From positions 1 through 40,707 of the forward strand of contig CALFHF010000207.1 in the NCBI GenBank assembly GCA_937875855.1: a stretch of DNA of 40,707 nt, read 5' to 3'. The position numbers and the translations under genes were made by a program. The notes under the pieces were generated by a model. The model made no database searches. It saw only the letters and a program-made list of their open reading frames with translations, and had not been told where the DNA came from. This stretch comes from an uncultured Flavobacteriales bacterium (GTDB lineage: Bacteria > Bacteroidota > Bacteroidia > Flavobacteriales_D > JABDKJ01). Position 1 is the first letter of the stretch. Every line of letters begins with the position of its first letter. Below, one piece after another: positions 39,379-40,707 of the stretch.

Positions 39379-40707
39379 CTAGAACTTCAACCTCAGTTGA
39401 ACTCTGATATCTGACTTTATGGGGCCATCTATCGCATCAAGACCTGAACTGAGCTGGTCTTGATTCAAGTAATGCCAACGCGCCCATTTCACCCAGATAT
39501 CTACTCCTTTTCTTACCGTATATCTTCCCACGATATAATATCTGCTTCCTCGGCCGCTGAGCGCTGGGATGGAATAGAAATACAATACATCGCTCTCATA
39601 GGCATAGAGCCTAGCATCATATCCATCTGTATCGAACAAAGCATAGCGGAAGGTCAAATCAAATGGAGAACTCTTTGGCCTGAAAATAACGTCTTGATAG
39701 AGCAATAATCCCTGCTGGGTCTTGTTCCCTTCCCTGACATATTCAGTCCATTCAATACGGCTGCGCATGCTCCAAGATTCTGTCAGCGGATACTTCATGT
39801 TTAACCTCAGATTCTGCTGCATGGTCTGGCTCACATAGTCTACGATAGCATCTTCAGCGCTGTTCTTAGGTCGTTCCCTCTTTCGATAGCGTATGTAATA
39901 TTCTGAGGTCTTATCAGGCTTGTAAGTAAGCTGCGTCATCACTTCCCATCCTTGGGATGGCGCATCAGTCTGGTAACGCAACCATGGGAATTGGAAGCGA
40001 TCCATCCAGGCACTGAACTCCCATTTACGTGCTGGTCTTGACATGAATCCCATCAAAAGTCCCTGCTCGTTTACCGGAAAACTAGACTCGGCTACTGCCA
40101 GTGCAAATGGGTTCTGATAATCTCTATCAAAGTGTCGATAGAAAGCTGCGAAGGTCAATTTAGGATCCATCACCAGATACGCTCCATTCAAGAAAGCTAG
40201 GGCTCCATTCTCCGACCGAGCAATCTCTCCGAAGACATTCAGATTCGACTTCACATAATCATAATCCAATCCTATTGCTCCTCCCTCCTTTCCTTGGAAA
40301 GTATATTGACTAGACACTTGTGTGTTCTTGTCTAACTCCTTGGAATACTTAAAATGCATTCCTCTAACTCCTATCTGAATCCCTCTTTTTCTCCAGCTCA
40401 ATTCTCCTGCCATCACATTCTCAGTAATCTTATTCTTGTCCGCTATTTCATTGGGCATGCGATGAAAACCAGAGGTTTGTAATGCCGAGAAGGACGTGGA
40501 TTCTTCAGCGCTCAAGGTATCTCCTGTCAAGATATTTCCATCCCTTCCGTGGCTTGAATACAGCATAGTCAACCTCCATCTATCTTGTTTCAAGGTGATG
40601 GCTCCTCCGCGTAAAAAACGATTTTCATCTACCGATCTATACGGAGTTACTCCTTTTGCATTTCTCTTCAAAGTCAAGAGGTCCATGGACTTTCCAAAAC
40701 CCAATCC
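39379..40707 (-). CDS. C-terminal part of an outer-membrane beta-barrel protein, probably the Bacteroidota helix-hairpin-helix (ComEA-like) family; 5' end lies outside the window
   Basis: Frame is open to the window edge; amphipathic beta strands, terminal Phe (QLRLKF); RLYAYESDVLYFYSIP..G.GSRYY motif recalled from this family; the HhH domain itself is not in the window. Confidence 0.7.
   Translation of the reverse strand, partial: GLGFGKSMDLLTLKRNAKGVTPYRSVDENRFLRGGAITLKQDRWRLTMLYSSHGRDGNILTGDTLSAEESTSFSALQTSGFHRMPNEIADKNKITENVMAGELSWRKRGIQIGVRGMHFKYSKELDKNTQVSSQYTFQGKEGGAIGLDYDYVKSNLNVFGEIARSENGALAFLNGAYLVMDPKLTFAAFYRHFDRDYQNPFALAVAESSFPVNEQGLLMGFMSRPARKWEFSAWMDRFQFPWLRYQTDAPSQGWEVMTQLTYKPDKTSEYYIRYRKRERPKNSAEDAIVDYVSQTMQQNLRLNMKYPLTESWSMRSRIEWTEYVREGNKTQQGLLLYQDVIFRPKSSPFDLTFRYALFDTDGYDARLYAYESDVLYFYSIPALSGRGSRYYIVGRYTVRKGVDIWVKWARWHYLNQDQLSSGLDAIDGPIKSDIRVQLRLKF

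Noticed and set aside
33331-39708. Short antisense ORFs across the rimK, aro, M28 and barrel genes
   Set aside because: Almost entirely nested opposite well-supported genes, with no motifs

Overview
A Bacteroidota chromosomal window. Gene order and protein features suggest a Flavobacteriales-like organism, probably outside Flavobacteriaceae (inference; map lies between secY and infA). Bases 1-15.2 kb (minus strand) hold the fused str-S10-spc-alpha ribosomal protein superoperon, from rpsL to the start of rpsK. It has no tufA or adk, and includes rpmJ, which the ORF track missed. Next come asnS, a GH73-LysM peptidoglycan hydrolase, a D-cysteine desulfhydrase-like PLP enzyme and a DUF5522-type Cys-rich mini-protein coupled to hutU. 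The centre holds an 8 kb gene for a 2684-aa T9SS (type B CTD) surface protein with 17 tandem ~80-aa two-cysteine repeats and a ~2100-aa stretch with no arginine, plus a small acidic 7/11-mer repeat lipoprotein preceded by a (TA)7 tract. The right third encodes a polyprenol-P-mannose synthase, pyrC, a DUF4296 lipoprotein, an SDR epimerase, a RimB-like protease-rimK-M14 deacylase module running into aroB-aroA, an M28 peptidase and a truncated outer-membrane beta-barrel gene. I saw no rRNA, complete tRNA, CRISPR array or mobile element. Most of the window is housekeeping and I cannot demonstrate a new system; the best leads are the giant repeat protein, the repeat lipoprotein and the RimK-centred module. 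All family calls come from motif recognition by eye, not from database searches.
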